Below, one piece after another: positions 29,003 through 38,365 of a DNA stretch of 64,000 nt. Where the stretch lies: the sequence record OL964745.1; one strand, written 5' to 3'. The notes under the pieces are model-generated. The model was not told the DNA's origin. It saw only the letters and a program-made list of their open reading frames with translations, and made no database searches. This stretch comes from Escherichia phage T4. Each line of letters begins with the position of its first letter. Positions within the stretch are counted from its first letter, which is position 1. Position numbers and translations under genes: made by a program.

Positions 29003-29314
29003 GCCTTGCGGCAACCTTGTCGGGGTTCCACCTGCCAAGGCAAGTGTTTGTACGAAACGCCGGGATTCGAACCCGGTTATTAAGTAGTTGACGCTACTCA
29101 ATATTTTTAAAAGGCCATATCTCAACCATATCCGAACGTTCCGTCAAAAACGCTACTCGGCTTACGGCAAAGATATTTCCTCGAATCGATAATTTGGTGC
29201 GCCGTTTCTGCTGTGATGTAAGAGGGCATCAATAAACGCAAAGATTATTAACGCAATTCCTTACTCAGGGAACATCAGTCCGACGACTTACCGGTAGCGA
29301 CCCGGTTTCTCATT
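29003..29314 (-). ncRNA. Untranslated stable-RNA region downstream of tRNA-Arg (T4 species 1/2 RNA-like)
   Basis: No ORF; tRNA-like T-arm CCGGGTTCGAATCCCGG; repeated GAGTAGCGT; ends at a terminator; boundaries approximate. Confidence 0.4.
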
Positions 29315-29389
29315 TGGTATCCCGCCCTGGGATCGAACCAGGACCGCAAACTTAGAAGGATCGTATGCTATCCATTACACCAGCGGGAC
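29315..29389 (-). tRNA. tRNA-Arg (anticodon TCT), CCA encoded
   Basis: Cloverleaf folded by hand: acceptor GTCCCGC, anticodon loop CTTCTAA, T-arm GGTTCGATCC, 3' ACCA. Confidence 0.8.
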
Positions 29390-29394
29390 GTAAT

Positions 29395-30054
29395 TTAAAA
29401 TTTCATTTTTCGACCTTTAAACCATCCTTCTGGAATTGGGTCAGTTTTCTTAATACGTTTAGAAACTTTTTCATCTAATGAATGAATCCACATCATACCG
29501 AATTGGGAATTCTTTTCACCTTTCTGGTGATTATTTTTGGCGTGAGATTCTTTCATTTTATTAATAGTTTCAGGAGTATGATGCTTATTTAGATCTGCTA
29601 TTATTTAAAAATTTTTCCCTGTATTCAGGAGTTGACCACAAACGTTTAAATACATTTGAACCAATTTTACGATATTTTTCTTGAAGTAAAATATCATTTT
29701 CAAAACGTGACTTAAACGATAGCTCCTTTTAAGCTAGCATCTTTCTTCTGGTTTAGCATTCCAGGAATATTTACATGATCCCATCCACCTTCACCGCCAA
29801 GTTTTAAATTATACACATCTGGTCTATTTAAAAACTCTTCTGTGACAATATTTTTCTCGGCTTCAAGCATAGATTCTTTATCGTCAAAATACTCTAATAT
29901 TTCTTTAGAAAAATTTTCTATACCATATTTATCTTGGGCTCTTTTTAATAATTTACCAGAACCCATATCCATCATCTAAATTTTCGGTAGAATGCACACC
30001 AATATAAATTTTATTATTAATTTTATTTGTTATTTTATAAGTGTAATAGAACAT
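29395..30054 (-). pseudogene. segB: GIY-YIG homing endonuclease (segB-like) split over four frames
   Basis: MFYYTYKITNKINNKIYIGVHSTENLDDGY-stop; MGSGKLLKRAQDKYGIENF (ORF 29712-29975); IGSNVFKRLWSTPEYREKF; NUMOD-like HTPETINKMKESHAK...PIPEGWFKGRKMKF; every junction a +1 shift. Confidence 0.55.
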
Positions 30055-30095
30055 AAATATCTCCTATTTCTAAGAGTATTTATGTTCTCAAAATA

Positions 30096-30169
30096 TGACC
30101 CAGACCAGATTTGAACTGGTAACCTTTCCCTTATGAGGGGACTGCTGCTAACCATTGAGCTACAGGGCC
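30096..30169 (-). tRNA. tRNA-Ile (anticodon CAT), no encoded CCA, non-canonical D-arm
   Basis: Acceptor GGCCCTG, anticodon loop CTCATAA, T-arm CCAGTTCAAATCTGG; D region GCTCAATGGTTAGCAGCAG lacks a clean 4-bp stem. Confidence 0.65.
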
Positions 30170-30170
30170 T

Positions 30171-30246
30171 TGGTGCTGATTGACGGAATCGAACCGCCGA
30201 CATCCTCATTACAAGTGAGGTGCTCTACCTACTGAGCTAAATCAGC
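30171..30246 (-). tRNA. tRNA-Thr (anticodon TGT), CCA encoded
   Basis: Canonical cloverleaf GCTGATT / GCTC-GAGC / CCTCA-CTTGTAA-TGAGG / GGCGGTTCGATTCCGTC / ACCA; 1 nt from tRNA-Ile. Confidence 0.9.
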
Positions 30247-30253
30247 AAAATTA

Positions 30254-30340
30254 CGGAGGCGATAGGATTTGAACCTATGAGTCGCCGGAGCGACTGCCGG
30301 TTTTCAAGACCGGTGCATTAAACCACTCTGCCACGCCTCC
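30254..30340 (-). tRNA. tRNA-Ser (anticodon TGA), class II, no encoded CCA
   Basis: Acceptor GGAGGCG, anticodon arm CCGGT-CTTGAAA-ACCGG, long variable arm, T-arm GGTTCAAATCC. Confidence 0.85.
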
Positions 30341-30342
30341 AG

Positions 30343-30416
30343 TCTCCATACAAGGATTTGAACCTTGGACCTCCTGATCCCAAATCAGGCGCTCTACCAA
30401 ACTGAGCTACACGGAG
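30343..30416 (-). tRNA. tRNA-Pro (anticodon TGG), no encoded CCA
   Basis: Acceptor CTCCGTG, anticodon arm CCTGA-TTTGGGA-TCAGG, T-arm CAAGGTTCAAATCCTTG; 2 nt from tRNA-Ser. Confidence 0.85.
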
Positions 30417-30426
30417 TAAATTAAAT

Positions 30427-30500
<74 letters not shown>

Positions 30501-30505
30501 AAATT

Positions 30506-30592
30506 TGGTGCGAGAAGTGGGACTCGAACCCACAAGGAAATCATTCCGCAGCATTTTAAGTGCTGTGCCTTTACCAATTTGACCATTCTCGC
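30506..30592 (-). tRNA. tRNA-Leu (anticodon TAA), class II, CCA encoded
   Basis: Acceptor GCGAGAA, anticodon arm CAGCA-CTTAAAA-TGCTG, long variable arm, T-arm GTGGGTTCGAGTCCCAC, ACCA. Confidence 0.85.
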
Positions 30593-30593
30593 G

Positions 30594-30666
30594 CTGGGAA
30601 TAAAGGACTCGAACCTTTGCATCTAGCAGTCAAAGTGCTATGCCTTACCAACTTGGCTAATTCCCA
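30594..30666 (-). tRNA. tRNA-Gln (anticodon TTG), no encoded CCA
   Basis: Acceptor TGGGAAT, anticodon arm TAGCA-CTTTGAC-TGCTA, T-arm AAAGGTTCGAGTCCTTT; 1 nt from tRNA-Leu. Confidence 0.85.
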
Positions 30667-30760
30667 ATTATTAACAAAGGCTCTCTAACAAGAACCCTTG
30701 ATGATAGAGGGTATTAATCAGTGCGGTATGAGTTAATAACAAATAATTCTTAAAGCATAT

Positions 30761-31036
30761 TTACCATTTATGATGATACGTATTTACGATACATTCAAGA
30801 CCCAAAGGATTCTTGAAAATATCATATTCAAGAGGACCTTTTTCTGTTTCAATAAAGAAATCAAAATTTACTGTATTAAATTTACGGTCTTCCTTTACTA
30901 ATTTAACTTGAGAAGATGAACGATCAATGTAAACCTTTTCAACTTCAAAACACGTTAAAATGCCATAATCATCAATCAAGGCTTTAGCTGCTTCTTGATC
31001 ATATTTATCCATTTTCAACGGATGATACTTTCGCAT
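30761..31036 (-). CDS. Hypothetical protein
   Basis: 91-aa ORF upstream of tRNA cluster. Confidence 0.4.
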   Translation of the reverse strand: MRKYHPLKMDKYDQEAAKALIDDYGILTCFEVEKVYIDRSSSQVKLVKEDRKFNTVNFDFFIETEKGPLEYDIFKNPLGLECIVNTYHHKW

Positions 31037-31039
31037 AAA

Positions 31040-31457
31040 GAATCATCATCAACCTCTATCAACAATAGCATGAGTATGGGCATTTACGATTTGCCACCAG
31101 TCGAAACGATTGGAACCATAATCTGGTTTATTTTCATTTTCTTTAATGATATCACGCAGTTTATCTTCTGTTTCAGCATACGCAATTAAATCATCATATC
31201 CACCACAAGGATAATAATTATCACCTGCGAATAAAAGAAAATTTACCTTAGATGGATTTACGTAATAATGGTCTTTAGGATATAGTTCCTCTCCAATCAG
31301 TTACTTCAACATAACGGTAAGAAAATCCATTTTTACTTTCAATCCAACTCCACGCTTCAAAAGGAGTATTAAAAACTTTATCAGGTATTAAATTACCTTC
31401 AAAATGAGAAGGATTTGCATAATCCCCGGCATAAACATAATATTCGTTAATACTCAT
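31040..31457 (-). CDS. Hypothetical protein region, possibly frame-split
   Basis: 60-aa ORF 31275-31457 followed in another frame by 74 codons without a start. Confidence 0.3.
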
Positions 31458-31643
31458 TTATTCACCTTTAGAAATTTTATCCATAACGATAGCAATTAAA
31501 CCAATTAAAAATGCTACTACAAGTGAAAACACATTTTCTGCTGTAGTTAATAATCCGCATATAAATCCAACAAACATTGAAAAACTAAAAGCAGAAGCAG
31601 AAATTGCAATAGCAACATTTCGAATTAATTCACAGCGTTTCAT
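31458..31643 (-). CDS. Small membrane protein
   Basis: 61-aa ORF, two hydrophobic helices. Confidence 0.4.
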   Translation of the reverse strand: MKRCELIRNVAIAISASAFSFSMFVGFICGLLTTAENVFSLVVAFLIGLIAIVMDKISKGE

Positions 31644-31667
31644 TTTATTCTCCTCAGTAGTTGATAG

Positions 31668-31702
31668 GGTAATAGTATCACAGCTAAAACCCTATGTAAA
31701 CA
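31668..31702 (-). promoter_or_regulatory. Early promoter
   Basis: Forward GTAAAC 31696-31701 followed by CAACTTTGTGAAA (upstream element on minus strand). Confidence 0.4.
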
Positions 31703-31719
31703 ACTTTGTGAAATATTTA

Positions 31720-32007
31720 TTACAAAAGATTTTTAGCAATAATCTTGAGATGTGCCGCAGAAATGTGTTTAGCTTTAAACAACGCAGTTTCTTCAGCAGG
31801 AGAGATAACGATTGTAGCACCATCCTTTTTAGCAGACCACCCATCACCTAGGTAAACAGTACCTTTGATTTCTTCGCCATCAACCAGACTAATCATTGGT
31901 TTACCTTCTCGTCCTTTATTTGCTTTAATAACTTCAGAAGTAAGAGTAGCTTCGGTAATGGTAGAAACCGGGGTAGTTGTAGAAGTAAATTCTTTAAATG
32001 TTTTCAT
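31720..32007 (-). CDS. ipI: Internal protein I (injected anti-restriction protein)
   Basis: 95-aa ORF, N-terminal MKTFKEF leader like ipII/ipIII; function from established T4 knowledge. Confidence 0.75.
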   Translation of the reverse strand: MKTFKEFTSTTTPVSTITEATLTSEVIKANKGREGKPMISLVDGEEIKGTVYLGDGWSAKKDGATIVISPAEETALFKAKHISAAHLKIIAKNLL

Positions 32008-32034
32008 TTTTATTTTCCTAATTAATTTTGATGA

Positions 32035-32069
32035 GGTAATAGTATCACTACCTCATCAGTATGTAAACA
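32035..32069 (-). promoter_or_regulatory. Early promoter upstream of ipI
   Basis: Forward GTAAAC 32063-32068 with CAACTTTGTGAAA element. Confidence 0.45.
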
Positions 32070-32080
32070 ACTTTGTGAAA

Positions 32081-32777
<697 letters not shown>

Positions 32778-32778
<1 letters not shown>

Positions 32779-33503
32779 TATAGTACCTTTAGTGTATTTT
32801 TAATTTTAGAAAAAAGTTCTTCAAGAGAACCATCGTTTGTAATTACTAAATCGCCATCACGAATTGGCAATCCAGCTTCTGTAATATGTGTATCATTGGA
32901 TTTTTGACCAGGACGAACTACATGAATTACTGTAGCACCCATCGCCCTAGCCGCATCCATTTCATGATCTTGACGGGTATCAGGAACGATATAATAATCA
33001 TAACCTGAGTTAAATTTATCAAGATAATCTAAAGCAAATAATTTTACCCAGTACATGCGGTCGAAGTTATTAACAATCAAATCCGTACCTAGGGCTTGCA
33101 TCAGACGACGGACTGACCATTGATCTTCAATATTATTTATAACGTCAGTAATCTTATTAAATGCTACGAAATTAACTGATTCTTTTCCTTCGTCATCAAA
33201 AACAAACACACCTTTAATTGGGCTTTTACCATTAAGATAACAAAATGCTTGTTCCATAATCGTGATTACTTCTAATTTAGTCAGATTTAAATTAGTCTCA
33301 CGATCATAGTCAATTCCTTCAAACTCTTTACGAGTTAAGCAAGGATAGTCAGTGTTTGCTGCAAATACTCCCCATGCATAAGCCAATGCATCCTTAATAG
33401 GACCAGCAAGTTGGTATTTAACTGCAGAATAATTGCTCATGATAAAATCAGCAGTAGTATCTTTTCCACTACGCTTTACACCGCTTAAAAAGATTAGTTT
33501 CAT
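32778..33503 (-). CDS. 1: Deoxynucleoside monophosphate kinase gp1
   Basis: 241 aa from MKLIFLSGVKRSGKDTTADF (P-loop GVKRSGKDT); the track ORF start at 33542 is an upstream in-frame extension. Confidence 0.85.
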
Positions 33504-33552
33504 GTGTTTCTCCTCAAATTTAATTAAGATTATAACACACAAAACTGAAGCA

Positions 33553-34083
33553 TTAAACTTCTGCTATAATTTTACCATCTTTTTCTACTTGAAAATAGGT
33601 GTAAGGAATTGTTGCAGTACATACTAAAGCCGGGTCTGAATCTTCCGTGTAGCTAAATTCTACTTCAGATAGGTCAGAAACCCAAGGCTTATAAAAATTT
33701 ATTGACATCACGATTTCAGTTTTGCTATTATCTAAGATGTAAAGCGTAATGTACTCAGGACCTGTTTTTTGGGCAGTATTTTCACCTGTAAGATAGTTGC
33801 TAGTTCCTAGCATCCATTCATACATTCCTATCCACGACTTAAGTTCTTCATCAACTATAAATCTCACAATGAGTGGATCATACTCAAATGTAACACCTGG
33901 ACGTTGTGCTCGGCCCAGTCCAAACGGCCCAGTCACGGTATCAGTAACAGGTATTCTAATTCCTGGAATAGGAACTGACTGAGCATTTAAAGTAAAAGCA
34001 GATGTAGTATTACTATGTGGTATTGATACTACAAAGTTAGTTGTATTTGCTTGGTTAAAAATTTGTTGCAGAGCTTGCGACAT
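33553..34083 (-). CDS. 3: Tail completion / sheath stabiliser gp3
   Basis: 176 aa from internal Met (MSQALQQIF), T4 gp3 length. Confidence 0.7.
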   Translation of the reverse strand: MSQALQQIFNQANTTNFVVSIPHSNTTSAFTLNAQSVPIPGIRIPVTDTVTGPFGLGRAQRPGVTFEYDPLIVRFIVDEELKSWIGMYEWMLGTSNYLTGENTAQKTGPEYITLYILDNSKTEIVMSINFYKPWVSDLSEVEFSYTEDSDPALVCTATIPYTYFQVEKDGKIIAEV

Positions 34084-34189
34084 ATATTCCTCATAATGCT
34101 TTATAACTGTTGGTGGTATAATGGGTCTAAGTCCCTTCCATTCAATTCCATTTAGAACAAACAACAGAAAAGAATGGAAGATAATAGAA

Positions 34190-35014
34190 TTAGATATTTG
34201 ACCAGACTTTGTTTGCAGAGAAACGTTTTCCTTTTGAAACGAACTGCTGAAGTGGCATCAACACAACGTTCGCCCAGTCTTTCGGGGCGATTTCAACAAG
34301 GCTACCCATAATATTACCAGGTATATATGCCTTAATCATTTGGTCTGCACCCCTAAATCCTTTCACTTGACTCCAATCAATTTTTAATTTCGTTTTATTA
34401 GTAATAGTAGGTGTATTTGCATATTGCTTTAAAAGCTCTTCTAGGAATTGCTGACGAGCTTTAGGTGGAATATAGTGCAAGTTTAATCCGTACATTAAAT
34501 TATGCTTACCTAAACCAAGGTAAATTATCAAAGGAAATTTATCCCAGTAAGGAAGAGTTTCCTTGTGTTTAGCATCATAAGCAAAAGCATATATTCGTCC
34601 CGGCTGCGGGCGAACAACTTTATGTCCTTTTACTTGCTTAATAGTTTCAGCAAACCACTTTCTGGTTTTATTATTAATTGCTGCGCCTTCATTACGAATT
34701 TTATCACGCAATGTTTGTCTGAATGAATTTATCATAAGCAGTTGTCTTTCTTGCTTATTGAGTTTATTCATTGGTTTTGATTCAAGTTTTTGAATCTTTT
34801 CAGCCGTTTTAATTCCTGAAGCATATTTTGACATTGCTGAAGTAAACGTAGAGTATTTGATTCCTCTTTCTTCAGCAAATTGCTTTCCTGTCATTCCTTT
34901 TGCTTTGGCCTTTTTATATTCAAGACCTATCTGAATCCATTTCTTTTCGTTTAATGATTGCTTAACCTTTGGAACTTGGGGAGTGCTTTCATTAATTATT
35001 TGAAAAATAGCCAT
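34190..35014 (-). CDS. 2: DNA end-protector protein gp2
   Basis: 274-aa ORF, T4 gp2 length and position. Confidence 0.75.
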
Positions 35015-35466
35015 TATGCCCCCTTAAAGCCAAGAGCTCGTAATCCATCTTCTGTTAGAATTCTAAATTTTATTCCACGCTTTTCAGCTAAAGATTGTGC
35101 TGCTTTCCATTTGTCAGTGTTCACAGACCAGGTATAAATTTCATTCATAAATCTTTTCTTCGCTGCGGTCGTTAGATGTGCTGGTTTAACTGGTGGTTGT
35201 GTTTCTTTTTTAGGTTTTATTTCAATAAAAAATTCTTGTCCAGAAGAATCTTTCATCCAAATATCCATAAAGTATCTACGTTTTTTCCCTTCTGCATTAC
35301 AAAAATAAGGAATTACTGCTGTTTCACTACCCCATGCAATAATTTCTGGATTTTTATCTAACCATTCAAAAAAGAATTTTTCCCAATTTGATCTATACGT
35401 AATTTTTTTAGGGTCACCTCTATACTTTGATATATTTTTAGGAACCCATTTTCCAGAATATGCCAT
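35014..35466 (-). CDS. 4: Head completion protein gp4
   Basis: 150-aa ORF, ATGA-type overlap with gp2. Confidence 0.75.
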
Positions 35467-35477
35467 TGGATTCTCCT

Positions 35478-35485
35478 TATAAATA
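35478..35485 (+). promoter_or_regulatory. Late promoter upstream of gene 53
   Basis: Exact TATAAATA about 29 nt before the gp53 start. Confidence 0.6.
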
Positions 35486-35492
35486 GATAATA

Positions 35493-35500
35493 TATTTATA
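35493..35500 (-). promoter_or_regulatory. Divergent late promoter for gene 4
   Basis: Forward TATTTATA, i.e. minus-strand TATAAATA, upstream of the gp4 start. Confidence 0.5.
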
Positions 35501-35513
35501 AACAGGAGGGCCC

Positions 35514-36104
35514 ATGCTCTTTACATTTTTTGATCCGATTGAATATGCGGCCAAAACGGTGAATAAAAACGCGCCGACTATTCCTATGACAGATATTTTT
35601 AGAAACTATAAAGACTATTTTAAACGCGCTCTTGCGGGATACCGCTTACGTACTTATTATATTAAAGGTTCACCACGCCCGGAAGAATTAGCAAATGCTA
35701 TATATGGAAATCCACAGCTGTATTGGGTTTTATTGATGTGTAATGATAATTATGACCCGTATTATGGATGGATTACTTCGCAAGAAGCTGCTTATCAAGC
35801 ATCTATACAAAAATACAAAAACGTAGGTGGAGACCAAATAGTATATCATGTGAATGAGAACGGTGAAAAATTTTATAATTTAATATCATACGATGATAAT
35901 CCATATGTTTGGTATGATAAAGGCGATAAAGCTAGAAAATATCCTCAATATGAAGGAGCGCTTGCTGCGGTCGATACGTATGAAGCTGCTGTTCTTGAAA
36001 ATGAAAAACTTCGTCAAATAAAAATAATAGCAAAATCAGACATCAATTCATTTATGAACGACCTTATACGTATAATGGAGAAATCTTATGGAAATGATAA
36101 GTAA
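35514..36104 (+). CDS. 53: Baseplate wedge protein gp53
   Basis: 196-aa ORF, T4 gp53 length. Confidence 0.85.
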   Translation: MLFTFFDPIEYAAKTVNKNAPTIPMTDIFRNYKDYFKRALAGYRLRTYYIKGSPRPEELANAIYGNPQLYWVLLMCNDNYDPYYGWITSQEAAYQASIQKYKNVGGDQIVYHVNENGEKFYNLISYDDNPYVWYDKGDKARKYPQYEGALAAVDTYEAAVLENEKLRQIKIIAKSDINSFMNDLIRIMEKSYGNDK

Positions 36105-37815
36105 TAACCTTAATTGGTTTGTCGGTGTTGTTGAAGATAGAATGGACCCATTAAAATTAGGTCGTGTTCGTGTTCGTGTGGTTGGTCTGCATCCACCTCA
36201 AAGAGCACAAGGTGATGTAATGGGTATTCCAACTGAAAAATTACCATGGATGTCAGTTATTCAACCTATAACTTCTGCAGCAATGTCTGGAATTGGAGGT
36301 TCTGTTACTGGACCAGTAGAAGGAACTAGAGTTTATGGTCATTTTTTAGACAAATGGAAAACTAATGGAATTGTCCTTGGCACGTATGGTGGAATAGTTC
36401 GCGAAAAACCGAATAGACTTGAAGGATTTTCTGACCCAACTGGGCAGTATCCTAGACGTTTAGGAAATGATACTAACGTACTAAACCAAGGTGGAGAAGT
36501 AGGATATGATTCGTCTTCTAACGTTATCCAAGATAGTAACTTAGACACCGCAATAAATCCCGATGATAGACCGCTATCAGAGATTCCAACCGATGATAAT
36601 CCAAATATGTCAATGGCTGAAATGCTTCGCCGTGATGAAGGATTAAGATTAAAAGTTTATTGGGATACCGAAGGATATCCGACAATTGGTATTGGTCATC
36701 TTATCATGAAGCAGCCAGTTCGTGATATGGCTCAAATTAATAAAGTTTTATCAAAACAAGTTGGTCGTGAAATTACAGGAAATCCAGGTTCTATTACAAT
36801 GGAAGAGGCGACGACTTTATTTGAGCGTGATTTGGCTGATATGCAACGGGACATTAAATCACATTCTAAAGTAGGACCAGTCTGGCAAGCTGTCAACCGT
36901 TCTCGTCAAATGGCGTTAGAAAATATGGCATTTCAGATGGGTGTTGGTGGTGTAGCTAAATTTAACACAATGTTAACTGCTATGTTAGCAGGAGATTGGG
37001 AAAAAGCGTATAAAGCCGGTCGTGATTCATTGTGGTATCAACAAACAAAAGGCCGTGCATCCCGTGTTACCATGATTATTCTTACGGGGAATTTGGAATC
37101 ATATGGTGTTGAAGTGAAAACCCCAGCTAGGTCTCTATCAGCAATGGCTGCTACTGTAGCTAAATCTTCTGACCCTGCTGACCCTCCTATTCCAAATGAC
37201 TCGAGAATTTTATTCAAAGAACCAGTTTCTTCATATAAAGGTGAATATCCTTATGTGCATACAATGGAAACTGAAAGCGGACATATTCAGGAATTTGATG
37301 ATACCCCTGGGCAAGAACGATATAGATTAGTTCATCCAACTGGAACTTATGAAGAAGTATCACCATCAGGAAGAAGAACAAGAAAAACTGTTGATAATTT
37401 GTATGATATAACCAATGCTGATGGTAATTTTTTGGTAGCCGGTGATAAAAAGACTAACGTCGGTGGTTCAGAAATTTATTATAACATGGATAATCGTTTA
37501 CATCAAATCGATGGAAGCAATACAATATTTGTACGTGGAGACGAAACGAAAACTGTTGAAGGTAATGGAACTATCCTAGTTAAAGGTAATGTTACTATTA
37601 TAGTTGAAGGTAATGCTGACATTACAGTTAAAGGAGATGCTACCACTTTAGTTGAAGGAAATCAAACTAACACAGTAAATGGAAATCTTTCTTGGAAAGT
37701 TGCCGGGACAGTTGATTGGGATGTCGGTGGTGATTGGACAGAAAAAATGGCATCTATGAGTTCTATTTCATCTGGTCAATACACAATTGATGGATCGAGG
37801 ATTGACATTGGCTAA
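36088..37815 (+). CDS. 5: Baseplate hub / tail lysozyme gp5 (cell-puncturing device)
   Basis: 575-aa ORF; N-terminal OB-fold region, central T4-lysozyme-like domain (EMLRRDEGLRLKVYWDTEGYPTIGIGHL), C-terminal VxGxxxxxV beta-helix repeats. Confidence 0.95.
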   Translation: MEMISNNLNWFVGVVEDRMDPLKLGRVRVRVVGLHPPQRAQGDVMGIPTEKLPWMSVIQPITSAAMSGIGGSVTGPVEGTRVYGHFLDKWKTNGIVLGTYGGIVREKPNRLEGFSDPTGQYPRRLGNDTNVLNQGGEVGYDSSSNVIQDSNLDTAINPDDRPLSEIPTDDNPNMSMAEMLRRDEGLRLKVYWDTEGYPTIGIGHLIMKQPVRDMAQINKVLSKQVGREITGNPGSITMEEATTLFERDLADMQRDIKSHSKVGPVWQAVNRSRQMALENMAFQMGVGGVAKFNTMLTAMLAGDWEKAYKAGRDSLWYQQTKGRASRVTMIILTGNLESYGVEVKTPARSLSAMAATVAKSSDPADPPIPNDSRILFKEPVSSYKGEYPYVHTMETESGHIQEFDDTPGQERYRLVHPTGTYEEVSPSGRRTRKTVDNLYDITNADGNFLVAGDKKTNVGGSEIYYNMDNRLHQIDGSNTIFVRGDETKTVEGNGTILVKGNVTIIVEGNADITVKGDATTLVEGNQTNTVNGNLSWKVAGTVDWDVGGDWTEKMASMSSISSGQYTIDGSRIDIG

Positions 37816-37849
37816 TATACTTCCAATGAGCGCTGATTTAGGAGAATCC

Positions 37850-38365
37850 ATGGAAGGTTCTTCTATCGACGTCACCTTTACCGCTCAATTAGAAACAGGT
37901 GAAACGTTAGTATCTATAAATATAACTAGTTACGAAGAAACTCCTGGGGTTTTAGTAGAAGAAAATCGCTTATATGGAACATATGAATCTGTATTTGGTT
38001 TCGGAAATGACGCGTTGAAATATCGTTTAGGCGATGAATTTAAAACTGCTGCTTCATGGGAAGAACTTCCTACTGATTCTGATACTCAGTTGTATTTGTG
38101 GAAAGCTCCTCAAAACCTCCAGAAGACATTCACTTACGAAGTAACATTAATATATGACTACCAAGAACAAAGTGAATCTGGGGGTTCTGGCAGTAATTCT
38201 AGGTCATCTTCTGATACTACTGAACCGACAGATCCTCCTGCTCCAGTAAGAAAAACTCTAGTTAAAAATTATACTAAAACTATAGTTGGAAATTGGAGTC
38301 GTTGGGCTAATAAACTGAGAAAATGCCTATGCAAGACCATAAATATTTTTATTTGTATTCAATAA
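37850..38365 (+). CDS. 5.1: Hypothetical protein gp5.1
   Basis: Start at ATG 37850 with GGAG SD; the track ORF start at 37787 overlaps gp5. Confidence 0.5.
   Translation: MEGSSIDVTFTAQLETGETLVSINITSYEETPGVLVEENRLYGTYESVFGFGNDALKYRLGDEFKTAASWEELPTDSDTQLYLWKAPQNLQKTFTYEVTLIYDYQEQSESGGSGSNSRSSSDTTEPTDPPAPVRKTLVKNYTKTIVGNWSRWANKLRKCLCKTINIFICIQ

Noticed and set aside
29003-29314. Possible ninth tRNA in the stable-RNA region
   Set aside because: Only a T-arm-like element is present. I could not fold an acceptor stem or anticodon arm, so it is treated as tRNA-like stable RNA.
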